From positions 95,092 to 159,091 of IMG/VR virus record IMGVR_UViG_3300027374_000478: a stretch of DNA of 64,000 nucleotides; one strand, written 5' to 3'. The stretch is from a virus (Duplodnaviria; Caudoviricetes). Made by a program: the position numbers and the translations under genes. The notes beneath the pieces were generated by a model. It made no database searches and was not told where the DNA came from. It saw only the letters and a program-made list of their open reading frames with translations. Shown here piece by piece: positions 29,023 through 39,541 of this stretch (position 1 is its first letter; every line of letters begins with the position of its first letter).

Positions 29023-29271
29023 TTGAGGGGTGATATTATAGAAGAAAATATAAACAAGGCATTTAAACCAATGAAGATGATAGCAGAGAAAATACCTACT
29101 GTTGCTATTTGCGGGATGGGAAAGTCAATAAATAATTTAGCAAAAGAAATTATAAAGGCTGAAGAAGAATATATAAAAATGGAACAGATGAAGGTTTTGG
29201 GCTTAAATGAGGAAATATTGAACTGTAGATCCGCTCTAACGTTAGAAGAATTGAATAAAAATGTTTTCTGA
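29023..29271 (+). CDS. hypothetical protein, probably frameshifted near 29260
   Basis: An overlapping frame continues MFSEIDTE..KYCKNPMERKQL for about 55 codons. Confidence 0.5.
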   Translation: MRGDIIEENINKAFKPMKMIAEKIPTVAICGMGKSINNLAKEIIKAEEEYIKMEQMKVLGLNEEILNCRSALTLEELNKNVF

Positions 29272-29411
29272 AATTGATACAGAAATAATTGACACAGAGA
29301 GCATTTCAAATCTTAAAAAGAGAATAAAGTATTGCAAAAACCCTATGGAACGAAAACAGTTAGAACAAAGATTGAATGTTTTGTATAAAGAGCAAAAAAG
29401 GAAGAGAAAAA

Positions 29412-29765
29412 ATGTTAAAAACAAGTGAAGTAATCAATCATATAGAAAAAATGTATGATATTAAATTGATGGATTATCAGAAAGAATTTGTTAAGCATGT
29501 TATCCAGGGAGATGTGATTTATACTCCAAGATGTTTTGGAAGAAGCATGATTTATAATGGTTATGCTGATTATTTGAAAAATGTTATCGGCAAAGAAACC
29601 GACTATTCTATAGATCCAAATGATTTTGATAAGGTTTATACATATAGGGATGTACCAAATGGTACTTTATATCCAAGCGAGCATATTGAAAGTGCTATGA
29701 ATAAAAATAAGAAACTGTTTGAAAAAGAATATGAATGTAACTATGGATTAAATGTGAGGTCTTAA
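29412..29765 (+). CDS. hypothetical protein
   Basis: IKLMDYQKEF..PRCFGRS; stop starts site 29763. Confidence 0.65.
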   Translation: MLKTSEVINHIEKMYDIKLMDYQKEFVKHVIQGDVIYTPRCFGRSMIYNGYADYLKNVIGKETDYSIDPNDFDKVYTYRDVPNGTLYPSEHIESAMNKNKKLFEKEYECNYGLNVRS

Positions 29766-29798
29766 AACCGAAATTTCAATGTAAGAAAGGATTATAAA

Positions 29799-30209
29799 AT
29801 GGCAGAATTACATTTAAGAGGCTGGCTAGTTTGTGATGATGGAGTAGCAATTCAACCAGTTAAAGGAATAAGTTGGGGTGATATTATTGCGAAAGAAGTT
29901 GCAAAATTTTTAAATGGTACATGGTCGGATTATGGACTTGGTAAAATGTGTGCAGTTCATCCACATTGTAGATTGAGAATATGGTATTCAGATTTTGAAG
30001 GGACACTTGAAGAAATAATGGAACAGTTTGATATGAAGTTATATGGTGGCAAAGTAGAATCTGAATATCATCAAACAGGTTACTCAGAATATACAATTAC
30101 AGGAATAGATGTTGATAACTTTACTATTGGTGGTCATGACTTAGAAACGGAACTGTCATCTCATATCGGTGAGTTTTGTCACTTTATTTTAGAAACTGAT
30201 ATAGAGTAA
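29799..30209 (+). CDS. hypothetical protein (single-gene cassette)
   Basis: Flanked by sites 29763 and 30211. Confidence 0.7.
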   Translation: MAELHLRGWLVCDDGVAIQPVKGISWGDIIAKEVAKFLNGTWSDYGLGKMCAVHPHCRLRIWYSDFEGTLEEIMEQFDMKLYGGKVESEYHQTGYSEYTITGIDVDNFTIGGHDLETELSSHIGEFCHFILETDIE

Positions 30210-30258
30210 ATGAATGCGTTCTTTCATGGCAAAAATATAAAGAAAAGGAGAAAATAGA

Positions 30259-30474
30259 TTGAAAGTTGGGGATAAGGTAATTGTAAAAGATAATCTGAAA
30301 GACGAATTAAAGAAATTAACATTTGATAATGGCACTTGCGAAAGTATGCACGAGAGATTTGTAAATACAGAACAAGAAATATTCGCTTTATGGAAAAATG
30401 ATGATGGACAAGAGTACGCAACAGTAGATTTGTGTTGTGAAATTCCAGTACAGTGCTTAGAAGTTATTGATTGA
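30259..30474 (+). CDS. small SH3-like hypothetical protein
   Basis: MKVGDKVIVK start; AAGGAG RBS. Confidence 0.65.
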   Translation: MKVGDKVIVKDNLKDELKKLTFDNGTCESMHERFVNTEQEIFALWKNDDGQEYATVDLCCEIPVQCLEVID

Positions 30475-30500
30475 ACCAAATTTTATTGAAGGAGGAATAT

Positions 30501-30803
30501 ATGTTTAAGTATTGGAAAGTTGGAAACGATGGAAAATATTATTATGTGTACAATGAATCCATTGAAGAAATAAAGGAAGAATTTGATATTCAAGATCCGA
30601 ATTTCAAATTTATAGAAAGTGACGAATGGACTGCCGAAAATTATGCTGAGATTCTTAGTGATGAATTAGAGAATGCAAATTATCATAGATGGACAGAACT
30701 GCCATGTACTATTTTAAATGCTTTGGAGAAGTCTAATCTTTCAAAAGAAAAGATTGATTCAGTTATGAAAGAGATTGCGGAAGGTATTTATAAAATGATA
30801 TAA
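30501..30803 (+). CDS. hypothetical protein
   Basis: AAGGAGG RBS. Confidence 0.7.
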   Translation: MFKYWKVGNDGKYYYVYNESIEEIKEEFDIQDPNFKFIESDEWTAENYAEILSDELENANYHRWTELPCTILNALEKSNLSKEKIDSVMKEIAEGIYKMI

Positions 30804-30836
30804 ACATATATGAATTTTGAAAAGGAGAATAGCTAA

Positions 30837-31484
30837 TTGGGAATTATAAAATTGATTAAAAAAGATACAAACATATCAGAACTTAAAATGTCAAAAATGC
30901 CGTGGGATGTAATGCTTTATGGGAAACCATATCAGGTTGTGAGTATTAAGGGGTATGTTCATACAATCGGGGGTAGACGAGGAGAAAATGATTTATGGAT
31001 GTATCCAAGAGATGAGAGTCCTACATATGAAAATCTGATTGAATTTCAGTGTGAAGACTTTGGAGTATGTTGGGGAATTAAATATGAACCACATAATTAT
31101 GTAAGAAATAAGTGGGATGAATCAGAATGTTATACAAGCGGCGGTGCTATGATTACAAGAAATGGAGAAAACTTCTATTTTTGCAGAGGAGGCATTGATG
31201 AAGCTGAATGGAGAATAAAACATTTAGACGAGCATCCATTAGACTTGAATGAATATGGATATGCAGAGAAAATGATTGGCAGAAAGGTTTGGTGGCGAAG
31301 CGAACCAGCAATTATAACTGATTGGATTGATGATGGACAAGCATGTGTGATCCTTGAACCTGATGGTATTGAAAAATTTACAACACCTTCGGAATTTGCT
31401 GAGGAAGAAGGCGATGATTATTATGAAGATGGTTTTGTAAAGGCAGAAATTTTTGACCAACATATCTGGTGGCATAGAGACTGA
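30837..31484 (+). CDS. hypothetical protein
   Basis: 215-aa ORF, AAGGAG RBS. Confidence 0.7.
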   Translation: MGIIKLIKKDTNISELKMSKMPWDVMLYGKPYQVVSIKGYVHTIGGRRGENDLWMYPRDESPTYENLIEFQCEDFGVCWGIKYEPHNYVRNKWDESECYTSGGAMITRNGENFYFCRGGIDEAEWRIKHLDEHPLDLNEYGYAEKMIGRKVWWRSEPAIITDWIDDGQACVILEPDGIEKFTTPSEFAEEEGDDYYEDGFVKAEIFDQHIWWHRD

Positions 31485-31489
31485 AATGT

Positions 31490-31537
31490 ACACAATATAT
31501 AGCGTATAGCGGATAAAGCAAACACTATATATTGGCA
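31490..31537. promoter_or_regulatory. tandem NrdR-box-like pair 2
   Basis: ACACAATATATAGCGT (31490) and ACACTATATATTGGCA (31522), 32 bp apart. Confidence 0.7.
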
Positions 31538-31645
31538 TGATAAGCTGTTGAAATTCTTATTTTATTGAGCTAGTTAAATTATTGTATGAAATAATCTTCT
31601 GTGGTATGATTTTTGTAATATATACTATGGAAGGAGAAAAATTTT

Positions 31646-33553
31646 ATGAATATACCAATTATTTTAAAAGAATTAGCAAAAACAGGAGTTGTTGTATTGA
31701 CTGAAGAATCTGTGAAGTCTTTTGTTGAAACAAAAATTAAACCTATATTTGCAAATTGGGGAAAGGATGATTTAAGATCAGTCGAATTAGAAGAATGTTT
31801 GAGTGAATACTTATTAAGGTGTTATGGTAAGAATAATATTATGACAACAATAGTATTTGGGAGATTGCAGAAGACATTAGAAGATTTGTATATTCCATTG
31901 ACTGTAGAAGAATATAGGAATGAGGATGCAAAATGGGTTATAGATGAAAATTGTTATAATATCTTAGATAATTATTCTAGGATACTAATTGTTGATATGG
32001 CAGGCATGGGGAAATCTACTATTGTAAAATATTTTGCTTGTCAAGGAGTTAATTTAGATAAGTGTATTCCTATTGTGATTGAATTAAGAAAATTGGAGAA
32101 AAATCAGTCAATACTAGAATATATACAAACACAAATTAATTCTTTTGATAAAAATATAAGAATAGAAGAAATAGTAGATATATTAAAGAATGGGGATTTT
32201 GTGATTTTTTTTGATGGTTATGATGAAATTGCAAATGAGAACAAATCATATGTTTTAGATGAAATTCAAGAATTCACAAGTAAAGCAACCAATACAAAAA
32301 TAGTAATTACATCAAGAGAGGAGGATGATTTAAATTCATTAGGAGAATATAAGTGTGTAAATATAAAGCCGTTAACTAAAGAAGAGGCGTATGAGCTAAT
32401 AAAGAAGTATGACAATGGTGGAGATATTTCTAAAAAATTGATCAAAAGGCTAAAAGAAGATTCGTCAATGAAAGTTTTGGATGAATTTTTAAAAAATCCG
32501 CTGTTGGTGTCATTATTATACAAAACATTTGAATATAAAGAAGAAATTCCCTATAAAAAGATAGATTTTTATGAACAGGTATATGCTGCATTGTTTAATG
32601 ATCATGATAAAACAAAAGGTTCGGCATATGTTCATGAGAAGAAAACAAAACTGGATAGATTTCAGTTTGAACAAATTTTAAGAGTATTTGGGTTTTTAGC
32701 TTTAAAAGCTGATAAGGTAGACTATTCTTTCCAATTAGCACATCAACTATTAAAACAGTCAATTGAAAGATTTGGCTGGTTGAAAATTAGTGTTGATGAT
32801 TTCCTTTATGATATAACACACACGGTTCCATTTATTCAGAAAGATGGGAACGAGTATAAATGGGTTCATAAATCTTTTATGGAATATTTTGCAGCTTGTT
32901 TTATTTGTTATGATAACAAAATATTTTTAGAAAGAAATCTTAACAAAATGATTTATTGTAAAAATCCATTTAAGTATTATAATGTGCTAGATTTTTGCTA
33001 TGATATGGACACAATCTGTTTTAGAAGATATGCCATATTACCATTTTTAGAAAAATATATTGACTTATATGAGAATATGTTTGAAGATTCCTATTTCAAT
33101 AAATTTAAGAAAGAGGATATATATTTAGCAAAGGAAGTGTCAGCTATTGTTGATTATGCAAAAATATCACATGAATTCAATGGACTATCTGAAAGAATCG
33201 AAAGTATTACTGAATTTAATAACAGAGGGGATAATATAGTAATATGGTTTAATACTAGAAGTCTTGCATTATATATAATTATTAAAGATAAATGTATAGA
33301 ACTATTAGAGCCTACAACACAAAATGGAAATAAAATTGATAATATTAAGATTGAAGGCGTAGTTGATTTTAATGATGATATTAATAACTTTATGAATAGA
33401 GATGATGTAATATTTAGTATAATTGTAAATATGGTTTATGATTTTGTGATTAGAACGGATAATATGAAATTTAATTATAGTAAATGTAAAAAAATGATAG
33501 AGGAACTTAAAAAAGAAGAAGAGTTTATGAATAATACTATTTTTGATTTATAA
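31646..33553 (+). CDS. NACHT-family STAND NTPase, putative anti-phage protein
   Basis: LEDLYIPL, Walker A DMAGMGKST, Walker B FFDGYDE, ITSR, NPLL, WVHKSFMEYFAA; own TG-N-TATGAT promoter. Confidence 0.85.
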   Translation: MNIPIILKELAKTGVVVLTEESVKSFVETKIKPIFANWGKDDLRSVELEECLSEYLLRCYGKNNIMTTIVFGRLQKTLEDLYIPLTVEEYRNEDAKWVIDENCYNILDNYSRILIVDMAGMGKSTIVKYFACQGVNLDKCIPIVIELRKLEKNQSILEYIQTQINSFDKNIRIEEIVDILKNGDFVIFFDGYDEIANENKSYVLDEIQEFTSKATNTKIVITSREEDDLNSLGEYKCVNIKPLTKEEAYELIKKYDNGGDISKKLIKRLKEDSSMKVLDEFLKNPLLVSLLYKTFEYKEEIPYKKIDFYEQVYAALFNDHDKTKGSAYVHEKKTKLDRFQFEQILRVFGFLALKADKVDYSFQLAHQLLKQSIERFGWLKISVDDFLYDITHTVPFIQKDGNEYKWVHKSFMEYFAACFICYDNKIFLERNLNKMIYCKNPFKYYNVLDFCYDMDTICFRRYAILPFLEKYIDLYENMFEDSYFNKFKKEDIYLAKEVSAIVDYAKISHEFNGLSERIESITEFNNRGDNIVIWFNTRSLALYIIIKDKCIELLEPTTQNGNKIDNIKIEGVVDFNDDINNFMNRDDVIFSIIVNMVYDFVIRTDNMKFNYSKCKKMIEELKKEEEFMNNTIFDL

Positions 33554-33610
33554 TTATAGTCTATCACAAGCCATTATAAAGGAGTTTTGTAAGTAAAAAA
33601 TTCTTCTAAT

Positions 33611-33642
33611 CTACTTTGCAGGTATATAAGCTTGCAAAGTAG
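33611..33642. terminator. inverted repeat (terminator or operator)
   Basis: CTACTTTGCA..TGCAAAGTAG. Confidence 0.5.
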
Positions 33643-33906
33643 AGAAATATAAAGTGTAAACATATAATAAATTCTAAGTAAGTTCGTAGACAATTCCAAA
33701 TAATTACAACTGAACAGTTATATCCGTTTTGGGTGGTGAACAGCATACCCTTAGTTAAATTACGCCTAATTTAGCCATAAACCACTGATTAGCATAGATA
33801 TTGACATAAAGTTACTATCCTATGTTCCAGTCTGAAAAGGCTGTTGAAGTTATATATGATGTGAAAATATTTTAATAATTTTATTTTACAGGAGGACATT
33901 TATTTA

Positions 33907-34977
33907 ATGACAGAAACGAAGAAAAAGGGAAGACTATTTGATTTACCTGAGACAAAAGGATCATTCCAGTTGAAGGGCGTTGTTAGTGGCGTAGAGAAGG
34001 AAAACTTCTATAAGGAAATTAAGACCAAGAGCAACAAGGATATGAGAATGATTAACTTTGGAGTTGGATACGCTGAAGGCAGCACACTCTACGTTAATTT
34101 ACAGGGTATGGAGCAGGAAAATGTGTATTTCTCAAAGAAGGCTGAAAGGAAGGGCGATAAGCCTGAAACTGCAAAGGTTCCTTGGGCAGATAGATTTTCT
34201 TATAATCGTGATGGATTTCGTCTTATCGGTAAGAACATTGGAGTAAAGAAGAAGGTAGATGAGAATGGTAAGACCGTTAATGATAAAAAGGTCATGACAG
34301 ACTTTGATGCTTGCAAGGAAGTAAATGACAATCTGAAAGATGGAGCAAGTGTATTTATCAGAGGTAGTCTTGATTATAGTAGCTTCTTGGATAACAACGG
34401 TAATAAGAAGACATTTACCAAGTTGGTTCCTAATCAGATTTCACTTTGTTCAGAAATTGATTTTAATGATGAGAACTTCACTCAGCAGAATGACTTTATC
34501 CAGGTAATTGTGTTTATGGGTATTGAACAGGAAAAGGAAAATGATAAACCGACTGGAAGATTTATTGTATCCGCAAAGGTTATTACATACAGCAACATTG
34601 AGGATGTTGAGTTTATTATCGAGAATAAGGATTTGGCAAATAAGTTCAAGAAATCCTTAAAGCCATATAATGCGATTCAGGTCAGCGGTCATATGGTAGC
34701 GTCTACACAGACAGAAACAGTTGAAGATGATGATGACAACTGGGGTGAAGAAGTATCTATGGAGAAGGTTCTTGCACCTACTAAGAGGGAATTTATCATT
34801 ACCAACGCAAAGGGTTCTACTGTTGACAAGGAACTTTACACAGAAGCAAATGTTACAGAAGCTATGTCGAAGATTGCACAGGCAAACAAAGCTGAAAATG
34901 ATTTTGGTGGCGATACTGACAATGATGATTGGGGAGAAGTCAATCTTGATGCAGACGATGATGCAGCTTGGGAGTAA
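33907..34977 (+). CDS. putative single-stranded DNA-binding protein
   Basis: Beta-rich two-domain protein with acidic tail DADDDAAWE; first gene of the replication operon. Confidence 0.6.
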   Translation: MTETKKKGRLFDLPETKGSFQLKGVVSGVEKENFYKEIKTKSNKDMRMINFGVGYAEGSTLYVNLQGMEQENVYFSKKAERKGDKPETAKVPWADRFSYNRDGFRLIGKNIGVKKKVDENGKTVNDKKVMTDFDACKEVNDNLKDGASVFIRGSLDYSSFLDNNGNKKTFTKLVPNQISLCSEIDFNDENFTQQNDFIQVIVFMGIEQEKENDKPTGRFIVSAKVITYSNIEDVEFIIENKDLANKFKKSLKPYNAIQVSGHMVASTQTETVEDDDDNWGEEVSMEKVLAPTKREFIITNAKGSTVDKELYTEANVTEAMSKIAQANKAENDFGGDTDNDDWGEVNLDADDDAAWE

Positions 34978-35049
34978 TTCTTGGACTAAGGAACGTCAGA
35001 GATGGCGTTCCACAACTCTTAAAAATAATACTATTTCGGAGGTAATTTA

Positions 35050-36210
35050 ATGGCAAAGGCTAGAAAAGCGTCAGTAACACAGAGTAAGTTAGGAATGATT
35101 TTATATGGAGAACAGTTTACAGGTAAATCTACTATGGCTATGCAGTTAGCATATTTCAAGCGTCCAGACGGAAAGCCGTTTAGGGTACTGTATCTTGATC
35201 CTGAGACTGGTTCTATTGATGATTATTTGGGTGAATTAGAAGCAAACGGTGTAGACCTTGAAAATATTTATATCGTATATACACAGTCTCTTGGAGAAGT
35301 AAGGGAGTACATTGCAAAGGTAAAAAATGGTGAGGATTTGTATGTTCTTGATGAAGAGACTGGCGATGAAACAGATGAAGTTCTTCTTGATGCAGACGGT
35401 GAACCTTTTAGGGCAGATGCGATTGTTGTTGATGGTACAAGCATTTTAAATTTGACAACCAAACAGGGATTGATTGAGTTTTCCAAGAAGAGAAATAAGA
35501 TAAAGGCTGATAAGGACGGTCTTGTAGGTGATGCTCGGCTTGTAAAGATTGAGGGAGCCGGTATGGAACTGAAGGATTATCAGACTATCAACTTTAAGGG
35601 ACAGGACTTGATTCTTGATTTGATGGCATCTGGTGTTCACTACATTGTAACCGCAAGAGAAACAGATGAGAAAGAGACAATTAAACAGGCAGATGGTTCT
35701 ACTATGAGTGTTACAACGGGTAGAAAGATCCCTGATGGCTTTAAGGGTATGACATACAATGTCAAAACAGAAGTTCGTATGTTCAGAAATGAAGATGGTG
35801 TCGTATGCGCTCATGTCAAGAAGGATAGGACACATACGCATGAAGACAACATTATAATTGAAGATCCTACGCTGGTCGATTGGCAAGCAGTTATTGATAA
35901 GACAGCAGATAAAAAGGCATTTGTTGTTAAAAATGACTTGACTAAGGCTGTTGATGTTGAGCAGAACATTTATAGTAAGGAGATTCTTGGTAAGGTAGGC
36001 GAACCTGCAAATGAGGAGTCTGCTGAAGAAAATAATTCTGGTGTAGATATTGAGGCAATGAAGAAAGAAATCATTGCTAAACGAAATGCACTACCACCTA
36101 TGGAAAAGAAAGCAATGAAAGAAAAGTTGGAAGCAGAAGGACTACCTACAGCATATAAGAATGTGACGGATGCTACTGTTTTGCAGAAAGTTCTCGATAT
36201 GTTTCAGTAA
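35050..36210 (+). CDS. AAA ATPase (AAA_24/Sak4-like)
   Basis: YGEQFTGKST, LDPETGS, IVVDG. Confidence 0.8.
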   Translation: MAKARKASVTQSKLGMILYGEQFTGKSTMAMQLAYFKRPDGKPFRVLYLDPETGSIDDYLGELEANGVDLENIYIVYTQSLGEVREYIAKVKNGEDLYVLDEETGDETDEVLLDADGEPFRADAIVVDGTSILNLTTKQGLIEFSKKRNKIKADKDGLVGDARLVKIEGAGMELKDYQTINFKGQDLILDLMASGVHYIVTARETDEKETIKQADGSTMSVTTGRKIPDGFKGMTYNVKTEVRMFRNEDGVVCAHVKKDRTHTHEDNIIIEDPTLVDWQAVIDKTADKKAFVVKNDLTKAVDVEQNIYSKEILGKVGEPANEESAEENNSGVDIEAMKKEIIAKRNALPPMEKKAMKEKLEAEGLPTAYKNVTDATVLQKVLDMFQ

Positions 36211-36236
36211 TCAATTTTTTATGTAAAGGTGGACTA

Positions 36237-36929
36237 ATGCGGTATATAAAAGAAGAACAACACATGGGAATAAAAAGAAAATGCGGATGTTGCAAAGAAT
36301 ACTTTTACATAAACAATAACAATATTGACGATGCAATCTACTATGATAAACAAACATATCATAGTATTTGCTTTATCAATATATGCAACAAACGCTCAAA
36401 AATGAAGAGAGAAGATATTTCACAAAAATGGACATGGATTCTGGATCATTTAGATCAGATAAGAAAAGAATCCTATCAACATTTAAGTTTGTCAGTTACG
36501 AAAGAAAATGTTTTCGAGTTCATAAAGGATGCATATGATGTCACAATTGTACCAACAACTGTATGGCAAAAACTAGGTGAAATTTATAATGGTACATTTA
36601 AGGGAATGTCCGTTGGAATACCGCCAGAACATTTGCTTGATATGTGGAAAAGAAAGATTGATATGTTGAATGGTATTGAAGATAGGAACAAAACAAAAGG
36701 AATCGTAATGAGTTCTGATAAGCGTATCAACTATGACTTATCAATTTTGATTAATAAATATGACAGCTATTTAAAGTGGCTTGAAAAACAGAAGATTATA
36801 GCATCAGAAAAAGAAATAGAAAAAAGCGATAATATTGTTGGTAAAAGTATTGGATATACCGCTTCAAATAAATCTGGAAAAAATGATTCAGACGATATAT
36901 CTGCTTTGGTTGATGATATTTTCGGATGA
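36237..36929 (+). CDS. replication accessory protein (putative helicase loader)
   Basis: N-terminal CxxC..YHxxC; directly upstream of helicase. Confidence 0.5.
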   Translation: MRYIKEEQHMGIKRKCGCCKEYFYINNNNIDDAIYYDKQTYHSICFINICNKRSKMKREDISQKWTWILDHLDQIRKESYQHLSLSVTKENVFEFIKDAYDVTIVPTTVWQKLGEIYNGTFKGMSVGIPPEHLLDMWKRKIDMLNGIEDRNKTKGIVMSSDKRINYDLSILINKYDSYLKWLEKQKIIASEKEIEKSDNIVGKSIGYTASNKSGKNDSDDISALVDDIFG

Positions 36930-36946
36930 TTGGTGGTGATAATTGA

Positions 36947-38494
36947 TTGGCAGAAGAACATAGTGCTTCAAACATACAAGCTGAGATATGCTTCGTAGGC
37001 GCACTACTAAAAGATCCTGATTCATTTGTTAATTATGGTAATTTTATGAGAAGCAAATACGACTTCTCAGATCCGGCAGTAAAATTCTTTTATGACAGTT
37101 TTGAAACATATTATTTGACTTTTTCACAGACAGTAGATGAGACAAAAATGAATGTGTTTATGAGTCAGAATTCAGAAAGATTAAGCACATATAAACAATA
37201 CAAAGGTTGGAAAACTATACAGCAATATATGAATCTTGCAGATGAAAACGACTGTAAGAATTATTTTGATACAGTCAAAAAGTATTCTCTTGTAAGGGAA
37301 TATGGAAGAAATGGATTCCCAGTTGAAAAGATTCTGTCTCATAAGAACTTCGATAAGATGTCACCCAATGATATATATAGAATTATCCGCACAAAGGCAG
37401 ACAAAATACACACAGTAATCAATGCAGGAGAAGAGGCAGTAGAACTTACAGATAATAACACAATACAGATTGATAAGTATCTTGAAAAGCCAAATTTCGG
37501 TTTACCGTTTCCCTGGTATATGTATAATGAATATTTCCTTGGTATGAGAGATACAAAACTGTTATTTGAAGGTTTCTTGTCTAATGAGGGCAAAACAAGA
37601 AAACTGGTATTATTAGCAGCCTATGTTGCGCTTGTACAGAATGAAAATTTTTTTCTTATGAGTAATGAAATGGATGAAGAAGATTTGAGAAGCTGTTTAA
37701 TAACAACGGTAATCAACAATAAGGAATTTCAGGATTTACATGGTGTTGTACTTGAAAAGCCAGAGAAAGAAATTGTTCTTGGTGTGTACCATGATAAAAA
37801 GGGAGAAATCATTAGAAGAAAAATAGATGATTTTGGTATCTATATAGAATCTAATGAAGAATATATTAAAAGAGTACAGTCAGAATCAGACGAATATTGG
37901 CAAGTAAAAACTGTAACAGAATGGATCGACAGCTCTGACCGTAAGGGTAAAGTGCTGTTTAAAGATGTTGGTAATGATTACAGTCCAGAGCAGATTGAGT
38001 TTGAACTGCGTAAAGCAAAGATGGTTCAAAACATCAAATATTATGGATATGACACATTAAAAGGGTATAACACAGATGATTGGTCACAAATAAAACAGTT
38101 CGCCACAAGACTGAAAGAATTGACAAAAGAATTAAGAATGAGTGGTTATGCGGTATTCCAGTTGAGCGATGATACTGTGTTTACAGATATTTTTAGTCTA
38201 AGTAGTAACAATATTGCAAATGCAAAGCAGATAAAGCACGTTGCTGACATCTTGAATATTGGTAAGAAACTGAATAAGGACGAATATCACAAATATCAAA
38301 TGGTTGCTGAAAATGATAGTTGGGGTGAGCCTGTTACAGAAGATTTAGACTTAAAAAAGCAATACTTTTGTATTAAACCTGATAAAAACAGGGCTGGTAG
38401 TAAAGACAAAGTTATGTTGTTTGAAATAGATCTCAATTTTAATATTTGGAGAAATATAGGTTATATCATTAAAAAACCGAAAAGTACAGAATAA
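36947..38494 (+). CDS. DnaB-like replicative helicase
   Basis: SNEGKTR Walker A variant, SNEM, YDTLK, FQL, DKNRAG. Confidence 0.8.
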   Translation: MAEEHSASNIQAEICFVGALLKDPDSFVNYGNFMRSKYDFSDPAVKFFYDSFETYYLTFSQTVDETKMNVFMSQNSERLSTYKQYKGWKTIQQYMNLADENDCKNYFDTVKKYSLVREYGRNGFPVEKILSHKNFDKMSPNDIYRIIRTKADKIHTVINAGEEAVELTDNNTIQIDKYLEKPNFGLPFPWYMYNEYFLGMRDTKLLFEGFLSNEGKTRKLVLLAAYVALVQNENFFLMSNEMDEEDLRSCLITTVINNKEFQDLHGVVLEKPEKEIVLGVYHDKKGEIIRRKIDDFGIYIESNEEYIKRVQSESDEYWQVKTVTEWIDSSDRKGKVLFKDVGNDYSPEQIEFELRKAKMVQNIKYYGYDTLKGYNTDDWSQIKQFATRLKELTKELRMSGYAVFQLSDDTVFTDIFSLSSNNIANAKQIKHVADILNIGKKLNKDEYHKYQMVAENDSWGEPVTEDLDLKKQYFCIKPDKNRAGSKDKVMLFEIDLNFNIWRNIGYIIKKPKSTE

Positions 38495-38509
38495 TTTGGA
38501 GGGTGGCAC

Positions 38510-39535
38510 TTGGATGTAAAAGAATTAAAGAATTACATATATGAAAACAGATATGTTGAGCAAATCCTAGAATCCATTGGTTGCCACCATATCAAATATC
38601 ATGCTTCAAACGGCTATTGGACTTGTGCAAACGCAACAGGAGATAACAATGGGGCAATTGTTTTATATAACAGCGAATATTTAATGTGTCAGAACTATAC
38701 AAGACAGATGATTAGAACTAATCGAAAAACAGATATTATTGATTTGGTGTGTTATACAAAGGATTTAACTTTCCCTAAAGGTTTGCAGTTTATATGTGAT
38801 GAAATTGGAATGTCTTATTACCACGACTTTGAAGAAGACATTCCAGAAAGTTTTAAGATTCTGAAAATGATAGATGACATGAGTTCTAATACAAATATAG
38901 AAAAAGAGAAACCATTAAAACCAATCAGTGAAAGTGTGCTTTCCTATTATAAAAGATATGGAAACGATTTGTTTTATGAAGATAACATAGATTATTCCAC
39001 GCAAAAAGAATTTGAGATTGGCTTTGATGAAGAAAGTAACAGATACACAATTCCTATTCGCTCAGAGCTTGGTGATTTGGTAGGAATTAAAGGAAGATAT
39101 TTTTATAGAGAAGTTCCTGAAGGAGAAAACAAATATATTTATTTAGAACCATGTGCAAGATCGAAAATTATTTATGGATTATATAAGACTATTGATTATA
39201 TAAAATCATCTGGAAAGATATTTGTAGGAGAAAGTGAGAAATTTTCACAACAGCTATGGAGTTATGGATATAGAAATAGTGGAGGAACTGGAGGCAAGGA
39301 ATTATCACAACATCAGATAGATATGCTTGTTAGGCTTGGAGTAATGATTATTTTCTGTTTTGATAAGGATGTTACAAAAGATGGATTGGAAAAGTTAGCT
39401 GATAGATTTCCTGATGGGGTTCCTCTGTTCTATATATATGATGAAGACAATGTTTTGAACGAACATGAATCACCTTCGGATAACCCTACAAAGTGGCAGT
39501 ATATGGTAGAACATAATGTTTACAAATTGAGATAG
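38510..39535 (+). CDS. DNA primase (TOPRIM)
   Basis: IPIR..G.LVGIKGR, YGLY, VGESEK, FCFDKD. Confidence 0.8.
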   Translation: MDVKELKNYIYENRYVEQILESIGCHHIKYHASNGYWTCANATGDNNGAIVLYNSEYLMCQNYTRQMIRTNRKTDIIDLVCYTKDLTFPKGLQFICDEIGMSYYHDFEEDIPESFKILKMIDDMSSNTNIEKEKPLKPISESVLSYYKRYGNDLFYEDNIDYSTQKEFEIGFDEESNRYTIPIRSELGDLVGIKGRYFYREVPEGENKYIYLEPCARSKIIYGLYKTIDYIKSSGKIFVGESEKFSQQLWSYGYRNSGGTGGKELSQHQIDMLVRLGVMIIFCFDKDVTKDGLEKLADRFPDGVPLFYIYDEDNVLNEHESPSDNPTKWQYMVEHNVYKLR

Positions 39536-39541
39536 AGAGGT

